Source: Octopus sinensis (lineage: Eukaryota). Taken from it: a stretch of DNA of 64,000 nucleotides. Shown piece after piece: positions 25,746 to 40,700 of the stretch (positions within the stretch are counted from its first letter, which is position 1; each line of letters starts with the position of its first letter). The notes beneath the pieces were generated by a model. That model made no database searches, was not told the DNA's origin, and was given only the letters and a program-made list of their open reading frames with translations. The stretch covers positions 31,806,001 to 31,870,000 of the forward strand of contig NC_043016.1 in the NCBI RefSeq assembly GCF_006345805.1. The letters are read 5' to 3'. Both the position numbers and the translations under genes were made by a program.

Positions 25746-28700
25746 GATGATGATGATGAAGATGATGATGATGAAGATGAAGGTGATGAAGATGATGTTG
25801 AAGATGATGATGATGATGATGATGAAGATGAAGAGAATGATTGGAGTTCATACAAAAAGTAACAGAAAATCATTTAATTGTTGAAAATGGTGATTTACAC
25901 CAGATACATTCCAAGAACTACACAGTGGTATGATTTTTTTTTTCTTTCATTTATTGTAATTTTACTAAGAAATTAGTTTTTTTTATTTTACTCAGTATAA
26001 ATATGATTTAACAAAACTAAACACAATGATTTCACTTTTCTGAGGAGTCTTTAGTTTTGCCAAATCTTTTATTCTTGTCAAGATGGATTGAATCTTAGGT
26101 TTTTATCATTGCTTCTTCATTATTCACGAATTACAGAATTACACGAATTACTTACTTTAAGTAGTATTTTAAGCCATCTGAGCTATATGCTTCTTCCCAT
26201 CCGTAAGGTAAGGCTGAAAAAAAAAAAAATAAATAAAACAAGAGAAAACTATAAATAACAACAATCATGTGTATGTATATATATATACATATATATATAT
26301 ATAAATAAATATATATATATATGAACAAACTTACATTTGTTTTTATTAGAAGAGTTGAATGTTTATTGTATGATACAGACAAGAAGGTGATATTTTTTCA
26401 AATGCAGGATTGCCATTAAAACAGCAGTAATAAGGGGTAATGTTGCCCTTACGAGGCCTTGTAAGGGTAATATTACCCATTATTTCTGCTCTCTTAATGG
26501 CAATGCCATATTTGAAAAAAAATATCACCTTGTTTGTAAGTAATTAGTAATGCATCCCGGCGTTGCCAGGGTGTTACGTCATACAGCCACATTATATTAT
26601 TTGTTCCTTTATGGGCAGAATCAGCACAGCTGATATATATAGTGAACTGGATTATAGTTTGTAATAGAAGTTATTGTTTGTTTGCTTGGTAAAATGCTTA
26701 GCGGCATTTCGTCTGAGGTTGATTTTGCTTTTCATCCTTTTGGGGGTCAATAAATTAAATACCAGTTACGTACTGGGGCCGATTTAATCGACTGGCTCTC
26801 CTCCTCAAAAATTTCGGGCCTTGTGCCTAGCATAGAAAAGAATATGATTTTGCCTAGAAATCACATTTTCAAAATTTTAATTTCACCCTGTTCCCATCAC
26901 AATTTCTTGATTTGTAACCTTTTTTTTGAATTTTTTCCCCTACCCATGTAGAAAAATACAGAGATTATGAATCTGGAAAAAAAAATTTTTTTAAGGTTTA
27001 ATTTTTCTTAAAGAAGCACTCAATACCCATCCCCCAACTCACCCACCCATCACCTACCTGTTTTCAAAAAGCTAAGATAATGTAGAAAATATGTAAATGA
27101 AAATAAAGTTTATTTGGTAGCTGAAAGATTACTGAATCTTTTGATGCCCCATATGTCAAAATCGGCAACTCAGTTTTTGAATGCATAAGGAACATACATG
27201 CGCGCACATTCTATTTTATGTATGTATAGATAACATTTATACAATTCAAATTTTTTTGTATTCATCTGGTAAGCAAGTTAAAATGCAGAAAAGAGGAAAA
27301 AATGAAATAAGACCAAACACTCACGTTGAGAATCTATTAAAAGTTTAACACTTCTGCTAAGATCTTTTGCTTCTGTTGCCAAATTTTTAAGAGATGTGAA
27401 CTTATTCTTTATTTTAACTGAAGAACTTTTGGAACTTTGTTCTTGATGTCCTGCCAGTCTAATAAGAGAACAGTAAAATAAAAATAAGGGAAAAAGAAAC
27501 TTAAAAACTGTCAAATTATTATAAACTAATAATTTCCCAAAAGGAAAAAAAAAAAGCAAAAGAAAAACTTTTTAAAAATAATATTTGACAAAACTTTCTA
27601 GCTTCAATTAATCAAATAAACAAAAATGATGAGAACAGAGGCACCTGGTGGTTGGGTATGTTGGGTGAAGAAGTAATTATATTTATTATTTAACATCTAT
27701 AAAAATGAGGTAGTTATTTATAAGTCATTCTTGATCTGAAGTTCATGAGAAAGGCATGAACATTACACACTCTCATTAAACCTCATCTAATAATTAAATG
27801 TTTCAAGTATCATCATCATCGTCTTACATTAACTTTTGTCAAACTAAGTAAAAACTATGGTCATCCTTGCATACAGACACGTCCCCTGCATCTCTTTTCA
27901 GCTGAGTGATCCTAATCTTATGGGCTCATGGGTGCTGGTACCACATAAAAGACACCCAGTTTAATCTATGGAGTGTTTGGCACTAGGAAGGGCATTCAGC
28001 CACAAAAAAAAACATGCAAAACAGACATGGAGCCCTAGGCTGCTCTTCAACTGACCAGCTCCTGTCAAACTATCTAATCCATGCCAGCATGGAAAATGGA
28101 CATTAAATGATGATAAGAATGATGGTTTACATTCTAGTATGCATTAGGTGGGTTGTTGCTCATCACCTAGATGGGCTGTCAAAGGACCACATCTCATTCA
28201 TAAATGAATAACTTTAATGTTTGTCTTGGTTTTGATTTCTAAGGTTAGATGCCTTTCCTAAGATCAACCACTTTATAGAGTGTAATGGGTGCACTGCTTT
28301 TTGTGTAGTACCAACACAAAGGAGGTTGTCATGTCTTCAACGTGAAAACGTGACACCCTTTCTACATAAGACATCAATGTACATAAACTATGTTTGTAGC
28401 AGTAACTTTATGTAACTAATTAATTTTTTTTTTCAAATGTAGTTGCAGCAATTTCCTGCTCAACAACCTGCACAGCTGGTTGTTTCAGTGGGGCGCGTGG
28501 CTTAGTGGTTAGGGTGCTGGATTCATAGTCGTAAGATTGTGGTTTCAATTCCTGGACCAGGCGATGTGCTGTAATCCTGAGCATAACACTTTATTTCACG
28601 TTGCTCCAGTCCATTCAGCTGGCAAAAGTGAGTAATCCTGTGATGGACTAGCATCCCATCCAGGTGGGGAATTCATATGCCACTGAAACCAGGAAACCAG

Positions 28701-31700
28701 CTCTTATGAGCCTGGCATAGCTTGAGAAGGAAACAAGCTCACTCCCTTTGTTAAATCAACATTACCTTTACAGGTGTATGATGTGCCACACATCAGATGT
28801 CAAAGTGATTGCTGGGCAGTATGATATGAAGTGTTTTGCTCAAGACTGCCAAGACACTGCCCAGTTCAGGCATCAAACACACAATCATACACATACACAC
28901 ACACATTGATGTCTCAACAGAAATGGTGGATGGAAACACCACCAAAAGCGGTTCCAGCCACCATGTCTGATGAATTGTCAATAAATTTCCCACAACCAAT
29001 ACCCCACCATCTTAAAAATGGAAGCAGACTAATTAATGAAAGCAGTTAGAAAAAAAAAAAAAAGAAAAGGAAAGAAAATACAAGATGATCAGAACTGGAA
29101 TGTCTTTGATTACATGATGCCTGCTTTAATGAAGGTAGAGCTGTTTCTAAAATCAATAATAGTAATGGCTGACTTACTTTACTGCTGAGTTTCCTTCCAA
29201 AACTTCTTGGATATGCTGCAAATAAAGAAAGATTCCATAGAAAAAATGAAATTGTATACATACTTATGTATACACACACGCATATACATACATATACATA
29301 AATCATTATTTGTGTAAATCAAAGAATGTTCTTTTGTTCAACAGACATCAAGTCTACATTTTCAAGGAAATTATTGAGCTCTAAGCTTACCATTTTTTTG
29401 CTGGAAGTAATTTACATATTATATACCTTATTGCAAGGTATAATGTCAGATTTTCACGTTTGGACAGCAGTCATAAAGCAACTTACCCATGGACAACCCA
29501 AATTTATCTTTCACTTGTTTTAATCATCTTGAAGGTTTTAATCAAACAAATCGACCACCCGTATTTATTCTATTGGTAACTTTCATCAAACCGTTAAGCT
29601 ATAGGGGACGCAAACAAACCAACATTGGTTGTCAAGAGATAGACAAAGAGATAAGCATCAAAACATGCACACATATACGGTAGATTTTCAGTTTCCAACT
29701 ACCATATTCACCCACAAGGCCTTGGTTGTCTACGGTAAGGTGGTATTTGACGCATTTCCCAGTGAGGGTAATTAATCCTTTTTCAGATAGCAATGGCGCA
29801 GGAGTGGCTGTGTGGTAAGTAGCCTGCTTACCAACCACATGGTTCCGAGTTCAGTTCCACTGTGTGGCACTTTGGGCAAGTGTCTTCTACTGTAGCCTCA
29901 GGGCAACCAAAGCCTTGCGATTGGATTTGGTAGACGGAAACTGAAAGAAGCCCATCGTATATATGTGTGTGTGTATGTTTGTGTGTCTGTCTTTGTCTCC
30001 CCCAACATCGCTTGACAACAGATGCTGGTGTGTTTATGTCCCTGTGACTTAGTGGTTCGGCAAGAGAGACTGATAAAATAAGTACTAGGCTTACAAAGAA
30101 TAAGTCCTGGGGTCGATTTCCTAAAGGCGATGCTCCAGCATGGCCACAGTCAAATGACTGAAACAAGTAAAAGAGTATAGCAATGGAAGCATAGAATGAG
30201 GATTCTACACAGTTCTTCACCTCCTCATTTTAACACTTTTCCTGAAGCTTTGTCTACTTTCATCAATTTGGGGGTATTTTCCTAAACAAATGGTACTTCT
30301 TCCAGTATTTGTGGCAGTGGAGAGGATTGAGCTTCATTGGGGATTTTAAAAGGTTAGTTTAGAAGGTTTTGCATGCCTCTTCTATCTCCCCTTGTGACCC
30401 CATGCTTATTCTTAAGTATTGCCACCTCTGATGTATAGAGGTGCCAGCTGTCTCATCTTTTTAAACTTTTCCTTTCCTCTGCAACCTGCATCAGCTTCTC
30501 AAAAGTCTTTTCCTAGTTGCTGTTAGATTGCTTTGTAGAGAATGGAAATGAGGTAATCTTTCATGTTTCTCTAGCATTTTCTTTGTCACCTGAGATTCTT
30601 CCATTTGGTTTCTGCTGGCTTGCAGTTTACATATAAGACATGAAACTTGGAAACCAGCCCTTATGAATTGGCATGATTCAAGAAAGGTTAACTTTGCCTT
30701 TCATCCTTTCGGAGGCGATAAATTAAGTACCAGTTACGCACTGGGATCGATGTAATCAACTTAATCCCTTTGTCTGTCCCCTCTATGTTTAGCCCCTTGT
30801 GGGCAATAAAGAAATAAGAAAGAGTCGAGATTAAAGTAAGATTCCCTTTTGTGTCCAGTGAATTTTCCACATTGTTTTATTTTAAAATTATATTTTGTTA
30901 AGTTGTTAAGATTTATAAAATACAGTAATTTGCAAATTCTAGTCATATTCTCAAAGAAGAAAAAGAACATTACCTCTATGAATTTCAATAATTTTTCAAT
31001 AGCTACTTCATATGTTTTCTTACAAGATTCCATCTTTCTTAGTTGACATGCAGCAACTGCAAGCTGTCGATGTATTGGAGAGTTCTTCTGCAATATAAAT
31101 AAATAAACATATGTGTATGTATATATATAAATATTATGGAGATGTACTTGCATAGCAAGTGACCTGATCTGAGATCGTGTGCTTGAACGAAAACAATTGC
31201 AGCATGGAAGGTGTTTATAAGCCATTTAAGAAACACACAAAATCTGTTAGATTCATTTCAACATTTAAATTTAATTTGTCAAAACAGGCCACGCTCTCAA
31301 AGCGACAAAAATATTTTGACAAATTAAATTTAAATGTTCAAGTGAATCTAATGGATTTTGAGTTTCTTAAATGGCTTATAAACACCTTCCATGCTGCAAT
31401 TATATATAAATATTTCTGTGTTAAATGGAGAAGCAAGTGAAAATTCTGTAAATAACAATTATAATAAGCTGTAAGCTTATAATTATTATTATTCGTTACA
31501 GAATATATAAATATGCTTTAAAAAAAATGGGTCCAAAGAGAATTTGCCCGAAGAGTTTTGGTATGAAAGTATTTTAGTTAATGTCTAACAACATATCTCA
31601 CTAAAAGCAGTTTCATCCACAACATACCTAAAAATAGCCTATTAAATATTTTGCACAAGTGATAGTTACAGATAAGGGATAATGTAAACTCTTGAAAATT

Positions 31701-34700
31701 AGCACATAATTTGAATAAATTCTGTAAAACAATGCAGTTAACCTTTCCTTGTACTAAAAGCATTTTGAAGTTGTGACCCTCTAGAGAATGAAAATGTGAA
31801 TAATTTTTACTGCACTGAAACTAAACGGAACTTCTCCAAAATTGTGATCCTTCATTCTCTCAAGGGGTTATAACACCCTACCCCATCTCTGTGCCAAATA
31901 TTTTTAGAGCAAAATTAAATGTTGTTCTGTATGATAATATTACTGCTTAACCATTTTGGAACCATATATACAATATAATAATACTCCTACACATTTTAGG
32001 GTTTTCTTTTGCATCGTTGAATCTAGAATTTTTAAGAGGTTTAGTAAAACAACTAACTTTTTATTTATTATTAGTGTTATTAACACTTATAAAATGACAA
32101 TGCTATAAGAAGAAAGAGCTGGTGTCTTAATAAAAACTAGTTTATCACTAAGCTTCAGTTCATGTTTTGAATACAACATTAAAAAAATATTCTCACATAA
32201 TGAAACTTTTTAACATACCCACCCCCACCTAAAAAACCTCAACCCCAAAATACAAAAAGCAACAACTTACAGATTGTTTTTGTAGCTGTGATCTTAACTG
32301 CACAATTTCTTTTTCCAGTACTTGAATAGCTTCTTCATAACCTTGTTCCAGATTTCGAGCTGCTTTTTGAGCTTCTTCCGCAAGATGAACCTTACTTCGC
32401 AGAGAACGGGTTTCGTGAATAGCTCCTTGTGCCTCCTGAATTAAAAATTGGATAGCTGACTGAATGTTATTACCTGTTAGATTTTACCCACCTTTAGAGA
32501 GGGGACTTTCAGGTGATTAAAGCTTTTCAATTCACTATGCTGAGACAATAATACAATTCATTAAATGAAAGAAGAGGAATAAATGCATCATAGAGTTAAA
32601 TGAAAGGTATCAAAAAAGGTGAGATACAAAACATTACAATCGGTTCATTTTTTCCTTTTATTTATTTCAGTCATTTGACTGTGGCCAAGCTGGAGCACTT
32701 CCCTGAAGTGTTTTAGTGGAACAAACCGATCCCCACAGGACTTATTTCTTAGGCCTAGTAAATATGCCAAACTGCTAGGTCTCAGAGACAAACACATCAA
32801 CACCAGTTGTCGAACGGTGATGGGACACACACACAATCATGAAGTAGTGAGTTCACTTCTCGAACTGGGCTGTGTGTTGTGTTCAAGACACTTTATTTCA
32901 TGTTGCTCCAGTTCACTCATCTGTAGAAATGAGTTGTGATAACACAAGGTCCAAGCTGTATTGGCCTTTGTCTTTCCCTTGGATAACATTAGTGGTGTGG
33001 AGAGGGGAGACAGGTATGCATGGGCGACTACTGGTCTTCCATAAACAACCTTACCTGGACTTGTGCCTCGGAGAGGAACTTTCTAGAAGCAATCTTATGG
33101 TCATTCATGACCGAAGGGAGTTGTTACCCATTTATGTGTGTATGTGTGTTCTTCCAGTTTCTGCCTATAGCATCCTTTAAGAAAGCATTAGTTGACCCTG
33201 GGCTATAGCTGGAGAAAGGTGTCACACAGTGGGATTGAACCCACAACCATGTGGCTGGAGAGTGAACTTCTTCAGTAGTTTCAGTCTTCGAATTGGAGCA
33301 ATATTGGAAAACTAGCTTTAGGTATTTTAGTTCATTATATTAATTCATTATATTGATTCTTGTACGCATTTAATTAATCACTATCGAATAGCTTACGTGG
33401 GCTTCTCACAAAGGGACATAACTCGATGCAACCCAATTTCTGAAATATTCCACTGTAGTTTTGTTTAATGCACAGATTACACCAACACACACATACACAC
33501 AGGGTAGTTTGATCTGTCCTAAACATAAAAAGGACTTTCTTAGTTTTTGTTTTATTATTTTTGGTTGTACTCATAAACATTACATGATTGTTGTTTTATG
33601 ACTGGTTTTCAAGCTGGCATGGGATGGCTGGTCTGAGGGATCACATCTCACATGTAAGTTTCATTTTTGGTTTGGTTTCTATGGTTGGGAGCACACACAC
33701 GAGCATGCAATGAAGTTTCCCCACAGCACTATCAACCAAATTTTCCTGCCACAGTTATTGTTCAAGGTGAAGATTGAATTTGAAACCACGTGGGTTGGAC
33801 GATTTTAACCATCTGGTTTGCCGGCCCTCAGTCAAAATCGTCCAACTCATGCTAGCATGGAAAGCGGATGTTAAACGATGATGATGATGGTTGCTACATG
33901 CCTGTTTATGCTTCTATGAAAATTGATTAAACTATATTTACCCTCCTAATTCGAAGTAGTTCTTCCTCAGCTGTATTGCAACTGTCTTCTTTTTCTCGGA
34001 TTTTTGCCTGAATAAAAATAAAAATAATAATAATAATAATATTTGTCAAGTCACAACAAGGACCTAATTATTATTAATTAGGTGTATTGCAAAAATCGGC
34101 ATTACTTGGAATTACATGCATATTGTGTAAAGTACTGTCTGTTTGAGGTCCTTGTTGTGACTTGACAAACAGTACAAACCCCCAGTAGACACAATACCTT
34201 CAATCAACAACCTCACAATATTGTATAATGTATGACATGTATAATAATAATAATAATATAAAAAATATTTTTGGAAAAATCCGTTATAAGAAACATAATG
34301 CATTATCTCACTATCATTATTTTATAGCCTAGGGATAAACGTTTGAAATATCTACAAAGGTTTTGGGTATATATACTTTGTGCAAAGTCCAATGTTTTTG
34401 AGTATGTTGCTATAACTAATATGTAGCTTGTATCTTTGGAAAATATTACATTTCCAGTAGAAAATTATATACAAATATTTTTGACATATAACCATATAAA
34501 TTCAACCTGATGGAAAGCCACAGTGTTGACACTGTGAAGGATTATGATAGATGCTTAAATGGCTCATTGGAAGTAGTAAATAATTTCTGTTATTTAGATT
34601 AGGGGTTCTCAAACAGGGTCCATATAAGATTTCGTTGTTAAAATATATTAATTTATTTTGCTTGCTTCAGTTACTTGACTGCAGCCATGCTGGAGCACCA

Positions 34701-37700
34701 CCAGATTGACCTCAGTTACTCATTCTTTGTAAGACTAATAGTTATTCTATTGGTGTCTTTTGCCAAAGTGTTAAGTTACGGGGATGTAAATGCAACAACA
34801 TCAGTTGTCAAGTGATTGTTGGGGGACAAACACAGACACAAAGACATACACACATAAATATTATACACAAAGGCCTTCTTTCAGTTTCTGTCTCCCAAAT
34901 CCATCCACAAGGCTTTGGTTAACCTGAGGTTACAACAGAAGACTATGCCAAGGATCCACGTATTAGAACTGAACCGGGAACCATGTGGTTGGGAAGCAAG
35001 ATTCTTACTACACAGCCTCGCCTGTGCTTATTTGCAATAGATTGCTTATACTTCTACAATACAAAAAATATTTTAACAATATTTTTTTTAATAAGGGGAG
35101 TGGCAGGTTCAGTCCCACTGTGTGGCACCTTCTACTATAGCTTCGGGCCGACCAAAGCGTTGTGAGTGGATTTGGTAGACAGAAACTGAAAGAAGCCTGT
35201 TATATATATATGTATGTGTATACATTTGTGTGTCTGTGTTTGTCCCCTCCCCCAACATCGCTTGACAACTGATGCCGGTGTGTTTATGCCCCCATAAGTT
35301 AGCCATTCAGCAAAAGAGACCGATAGAATAAGTACCAGGCTGAGAAAGAATAAGTCCTGGAGTCGATTTGCTCGACTAAAGGCGGTGCTCCAGCATGGCC
35401 ACAGTCAAATGACTGAAACAATTAAAATAGTAAAAGAGTAATACAACTGCAAATTATATTTAATTGTAAAAACTTTTCTTATGGACTTTCCTTAAACATC
35501 GAATGGGTAAGAGGGTCCAGTAGAGTAAAAACAGGAATCAAAGGGATCCATAGATAAAAATGGCTGAGGACCATTGATTTAGATAGTTGTAGAAGTGACA
35601 GAGGAATGCTCAATTTTAGAAGAGTAAGAATGGAGAAGCAGCAGCAAAAGGCTTCTGTTCTTGTGTTAAGTATCAGTAAGAAAATACCAGAAAGAAAAAA
35701 AAAATAAAGGAAAAAACTACAAAAAAACTTACACGCAGTTTTTCAACCTCAACCTGCAGGATATCTTTTTCTAATTGGATCTGGGCAACCTCTTCCAAAG
35801 ACAACATTGTCGAGTCAGGTAAAACTTCTACCTGAAAATTAAAATTTTATGCAGTATATAAATATTGTTTAGCATTGTTTTTATAAACTGTTGGTGGAAC
35901 TAAATTTCTTGATTTTTAATTATAACTTTTATTCTTTACTCTTTGTCTTGTGAGAAAATATATTTAGTATAGGTACCATGATATCTCCCCTCCATTCAGA
36001 CATTGGTTAACAACCCATGCCAGTGCCACATAAAAGCACCTGTGCTGGCATCACATAAAAAGCACTGGTGCCAGTATCACGTAAAGTGAAGCTGTGCTAG
36101 TGCTATGTAAAAAAACATCCAGTACACTATGTAAAATGGTTGGCATAAGGAAGGGCATCCATTTATAGAAACCATGTTAGTAAGGAAAATGGACGTTAAC
36201 CCTTTCGTTACCAACCTGGCTGAAACTGGCTCTGGCTCTGAAGTACAAATGTCTTGTTTTCATAAGTTTTGAATTAAAATCTTCCACCAAACCTTAGTGA
36301 CAATTTATGTTCCTAACACTAGCTGAATGATAACTAAGTTATTTTACTAAATTCTTTGTTATATTTAAAGTAATTGAAAGAAATATAGAGCATCTCAAAA
36401 TAAATACAGTAACGAAAGGGTTAAATAATGATGATGATGATGATGAATAGGAAGATTAACCATTGATCAAATCCAAATAGATTAATCATGTTGTACAAAT
36501 CATTGATAAATTGGAGATTCTCTGCCAGCATAATAGGAAGTGTAATACAGCTAACCTAAGAGAATAAAAGAATATTTGTAATATTTTCTTATTTACTTAA
36601 TCTTAATAAAAACGACTTACCTCGTGTGGAAATGTTTCAACTCTCACTTCTCGATTTGTAGGCCGGGAAAAGTCTTTCTCAACTCCTTTTGAACTGGCTT
36701 GACACACCTCATTAGCAACTTTAATGATTTCTAATAACAAGGATGAATAAAAAAAAAAAAGGAATGTGTAAGCTAATTTACTCATTTGGTAATTGTGTTG
36801 TCTTAAGAGAAAATTGTCATTTTAACCCTTTAGTGTTCGCATTATTCTGCCAAAATTAATCCTTTTTTATCCACATTGTTTTGAATTAATCATGCCTTAT
36901 CTTATAGCATTAAGATTTTGATGAGGTAGTTGTTAATATTTAAAACGATATTGTAGGGTTGGTGTGAGAGGCCAGATCTGGCCAGTTTGAACATAAAACA
37001 GGCAGAATATTTTTGGCCGGATATGGCCGGTTTAAATGCTAAAGGGTTAAATTGTAACAGACTGCATCATGCATTCTGACAGGGTCATTTTAAATAGTAA
37101 AAGTGAAACAAATGGTTACTCTTTCTCTTCTTTCACATGCACACAGAATAGTAAGATGATGATGGACACATGAATATGTACAGATTCACATTAGCTGGTA
37201 GAAGGGCAGATAATTCTGAATAACAGTGAAACAACATTTACTTCTTTTCTTAACCCTTTCAATTGTTTGAAACACAAATTAACATAAAATTTTGAATGGA
37301 GTTTCTAATTTAGACCAGTTTAAAATATGAAGCTTGTATTATAGATGTAGGGTTGTCTCAGATGGATTGTTATCAAAAGCATTAACTATTAAGGTTTTTC
37401 AGGAGATATTTCACAAGAATATGATTCAGCCAGCTTACTGCCTTAATAATAATAATGATTTCATTTATTTATCTTCTAATTTTTCATTTACATACAAAAA
37501 AAAAACTTATACATAGGTGCAGGAGTGGCTGTGTGGTAAGTAACTTGCTTACCAACCACATGGTTCCGGGTTCAGTCCCACTGCATGGCCCCTTGGGCAA
37601 GTGTCTTCTACTATAGCCTCGGGCCGACCAAAGCCTTGTGAGTGGATTTGGTAGACGGAAACTGAAAGAAGCCCATCATATATATATATATATATATACT

Positions 37701-40700
37701 AGCATTAAAGACCCGTCATTGCCGGGTCATAGTGCTAGTGCATGTATATATGTGTATATATATGTGTACATATTACATGTATATCTATATATATATATAC
37801 ATCTACACATAAAATACAAAATACAAAGTTATATCTTGATATCGCTAGTGATAACAATACTCAAAATATATAACAGACTGGACTTGTTAGCCCGTCTCTT
37901 GTAATTTCGATCAATTGTATCTTGTCCGCCCTCTTGTATAGAAGTGTGGCTACAATCCAGCCTACCTCTACTTCTGGGATGGGGAGCGGGGGTGGGCTTT
38001 TAAATTTTTATCCGGGACGTCCTACGTCCCAGATATAAAGGTAAAAATAAAATATTTCCATTTTGCAAGTTTGAGTCGTGTACTCCCTTGCACGCTCCGT
38101 TGACTCGAACCTTGCTTCTATTGTGGCGAATTTACTGTCTCTGATTAGATATCTTTCATAGTCGCACCAAGACACTTTTCGAAGGTGCTTTCCTCTATGT
38201 GTTCAAATCTTCTTTTTTCTCTACATTGTATACTTTATAGACAATAGTCTTTTCTTTAATTTAATTTTTTATTATCCATCTGGACTATTCCATTTCTGCA
38301 CGCTAATTTTATTTTTGATTTATTCCCATTCATGTGAAACCACTTATTCAAGTTCAAGTCATTGATACAATTTTATACCAATTGCTATTTTTACTTTTGT
38401 TATGTTATGATTATATTATACTTTAGTTTGATTTTAATTATTACTTACTACATATAATTCAATTGTTATTATTATTTTTATTGTTAAAGTGAAAGTATCT
38501 AACATAAAATAGAGAAATGTTTTTGTTTCACTTTTAACACGTAATACTGAAATAGTGGAGAAGATATGATATTGCTATGGGCTCGCTCTAGGCAAGAAGT
38601 TGAACATTTTTTTCGCCCATGAAACTACATGGACCCTAAGTAAGGCATGTGTAAAATTTGAATGAAATTGGTTGTGTAGTTCTCAAGCTTTAGGGAAACA
38701 CACAGACAGACAGACAGACATTCTCAGTTTTATATATATAAAGATATATATATGTGTGTGTGTGTGTATGTATATGTTTGTGTGTCTGTGTTTGTTCCCC
38801 CAACAACTGATGCTGGTGTGCATACGTCCCTGTCACTTACCAGTTCGGCAAGAGACACTGATAGAATAAGTACTAGGCTTACAAAGAATAAGTCCTGGGG
38901 GTCAATTTGCTCGACTAAAGGCGGTGCTCCTGCATGGCCACAGTCAAATGACTGAAACAAATAAAAGTAAAAGATATACTGTAAAGGAAAAGGAGAATGG
39001 TCCATCATTATGAAAAACCCATCTTCTCTTAGACTATTAATATGCGGCTGAATCAAAAAGTGATGTAAATTTTAACTGCCTTACTTTCTGACAAAGGAAG
39101 TGAATTGTTTTAACAGAGAAGCAAAATAGACCTAATACCCTTATTTGTATCACTCAACCCGGACAACAACACAAAGCACAGATACACTAATTTCCTACTT
39201 AGGAGATTTCAAACTGTTCTGGTCTGTTAACCATTTATAAATGATAAATCTATATAGTAGTTTGAGATCAATAAATACTGAAATATTTAAAGCTATAATG
39301 ACTTTTCCTGAATACACCTTGGCTACTTATGTTGCAGATCAGTGCTAAGACCTGCTGACAAAATAGGAACAGAAGAAAAACTAAATAATATTAACCAGAT
39401 TAACACAGTCGAAAATGGACGCTAATGAGTGAGCCTCTCTGATCCGCTAGAAATAGCAGATGAAGCTCCCTTGAACCATGTTCTATCATCTTGTAGAAGG
39501 ATATATATATATATATATATATATATAGAAGGATATATATATATATATATATATATATATGCTGTACAATGCAGTCCATTGTATACTATTCCTGGTAAAA
39601 AGAAAAAAAAAAGAAAGGGATGGTGAAGGCTGGAATGTTTTTGATTATAGGTTTCCTCAATTAGGTTTCACTTGGACCTAAACAATAATAGTGGAATATG
39701 CATAGATGGCACACACATGCATACACACACGCACACTACACCAGCCAGTGATGGATTCTATATGTGGTCACTCAACTGCTAGAAATAGCAGCCAAACTTG
39801 CCTTAACCCTTTCGTTACTGTATTTATTTTGAGATGCTCTGTGTGTCTTTCATTTGCTTAGCATGGAAAACGGACGCTAAACGATGATGATGATGATAAC
39901 AAAGAATTTAGTAAAAATTACTTAGTTATCGTTCAGTTAGTGTTAGGAACATAAATTGTGACTAAGGTTTGGTGAAAGATTTTAATTCAAAACTTATGAA
40001 AACAAGACATTTATACTCAGAGTCAGAGCCGGTTTCAGCCAGGTTGGCAACGAAAGGGTTAAAGACATCCTATGATCTTGAAAAGATGAAGGAAACATTG
40101 GATAAAGTAGTCTTGAATGAACTATATCTTTTATTTTCCTTTGATTCAGTCACTGAACTGCAGCCATGCTGGAGGACTATCTTGAAGAATGTAGTCACAC
40201 AAATTGATCCCTGTATATATATTTTTTCTAAGTCTCGTACTTATTCTGTTGGTCTCTTTTGTAGGTCACTAAGTTATGGGGATGAAAACAAACCAATACC
40301 AGTAGTCAAAGTGACACACACACACACACAGAGGCTTCTTCCATTTTCTGTTTACCAAATCCTTTCACAAGGCTTTGATTTGCTTGGGGCTAAAAAAGAA
40401 GACACTTGTCCCCAGACTGACCAAAATCTAGAATAAAATGGCAAGGTATCATTTCTGAAGTCCCTGTAATTATGGGTCTGTTCAAACAGAATTGAGCTTA
40501 GAACTAAACAATACTGGCAACAACAAGACCAGTAACAAAACAGATTACACACACACACACACACTCACTCTCTATAATTAAATATTATACATCAGCCTAC
40601 TGCTTGGTCCAAGACCAGACTGGTCAAAGATAAATCAAATTTATTGAACATGGCTTTTAATCATGATCAAGTGATTACTTTTTTTTTGTTTTTTCTTAGT

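Noticed and set aside
25538-25884. Poly-Ser, poly-Met or poly-His coding exon
   Set aside because: Trinucleotide repeat inside the WW-splitting intron with no suitable splice sites; inclusion would break the WW domain.
28490-28560. tRNA genes (also at the family A heads, e.g. 29795)
   Set aside because: A/B-box-like heads run into SINE bodies and do not form complete cloverleaves.
39969-40436. 155-aa + strand ORF
   Set aside because: Chimeric read-through of a MITE and an antisense SINE.
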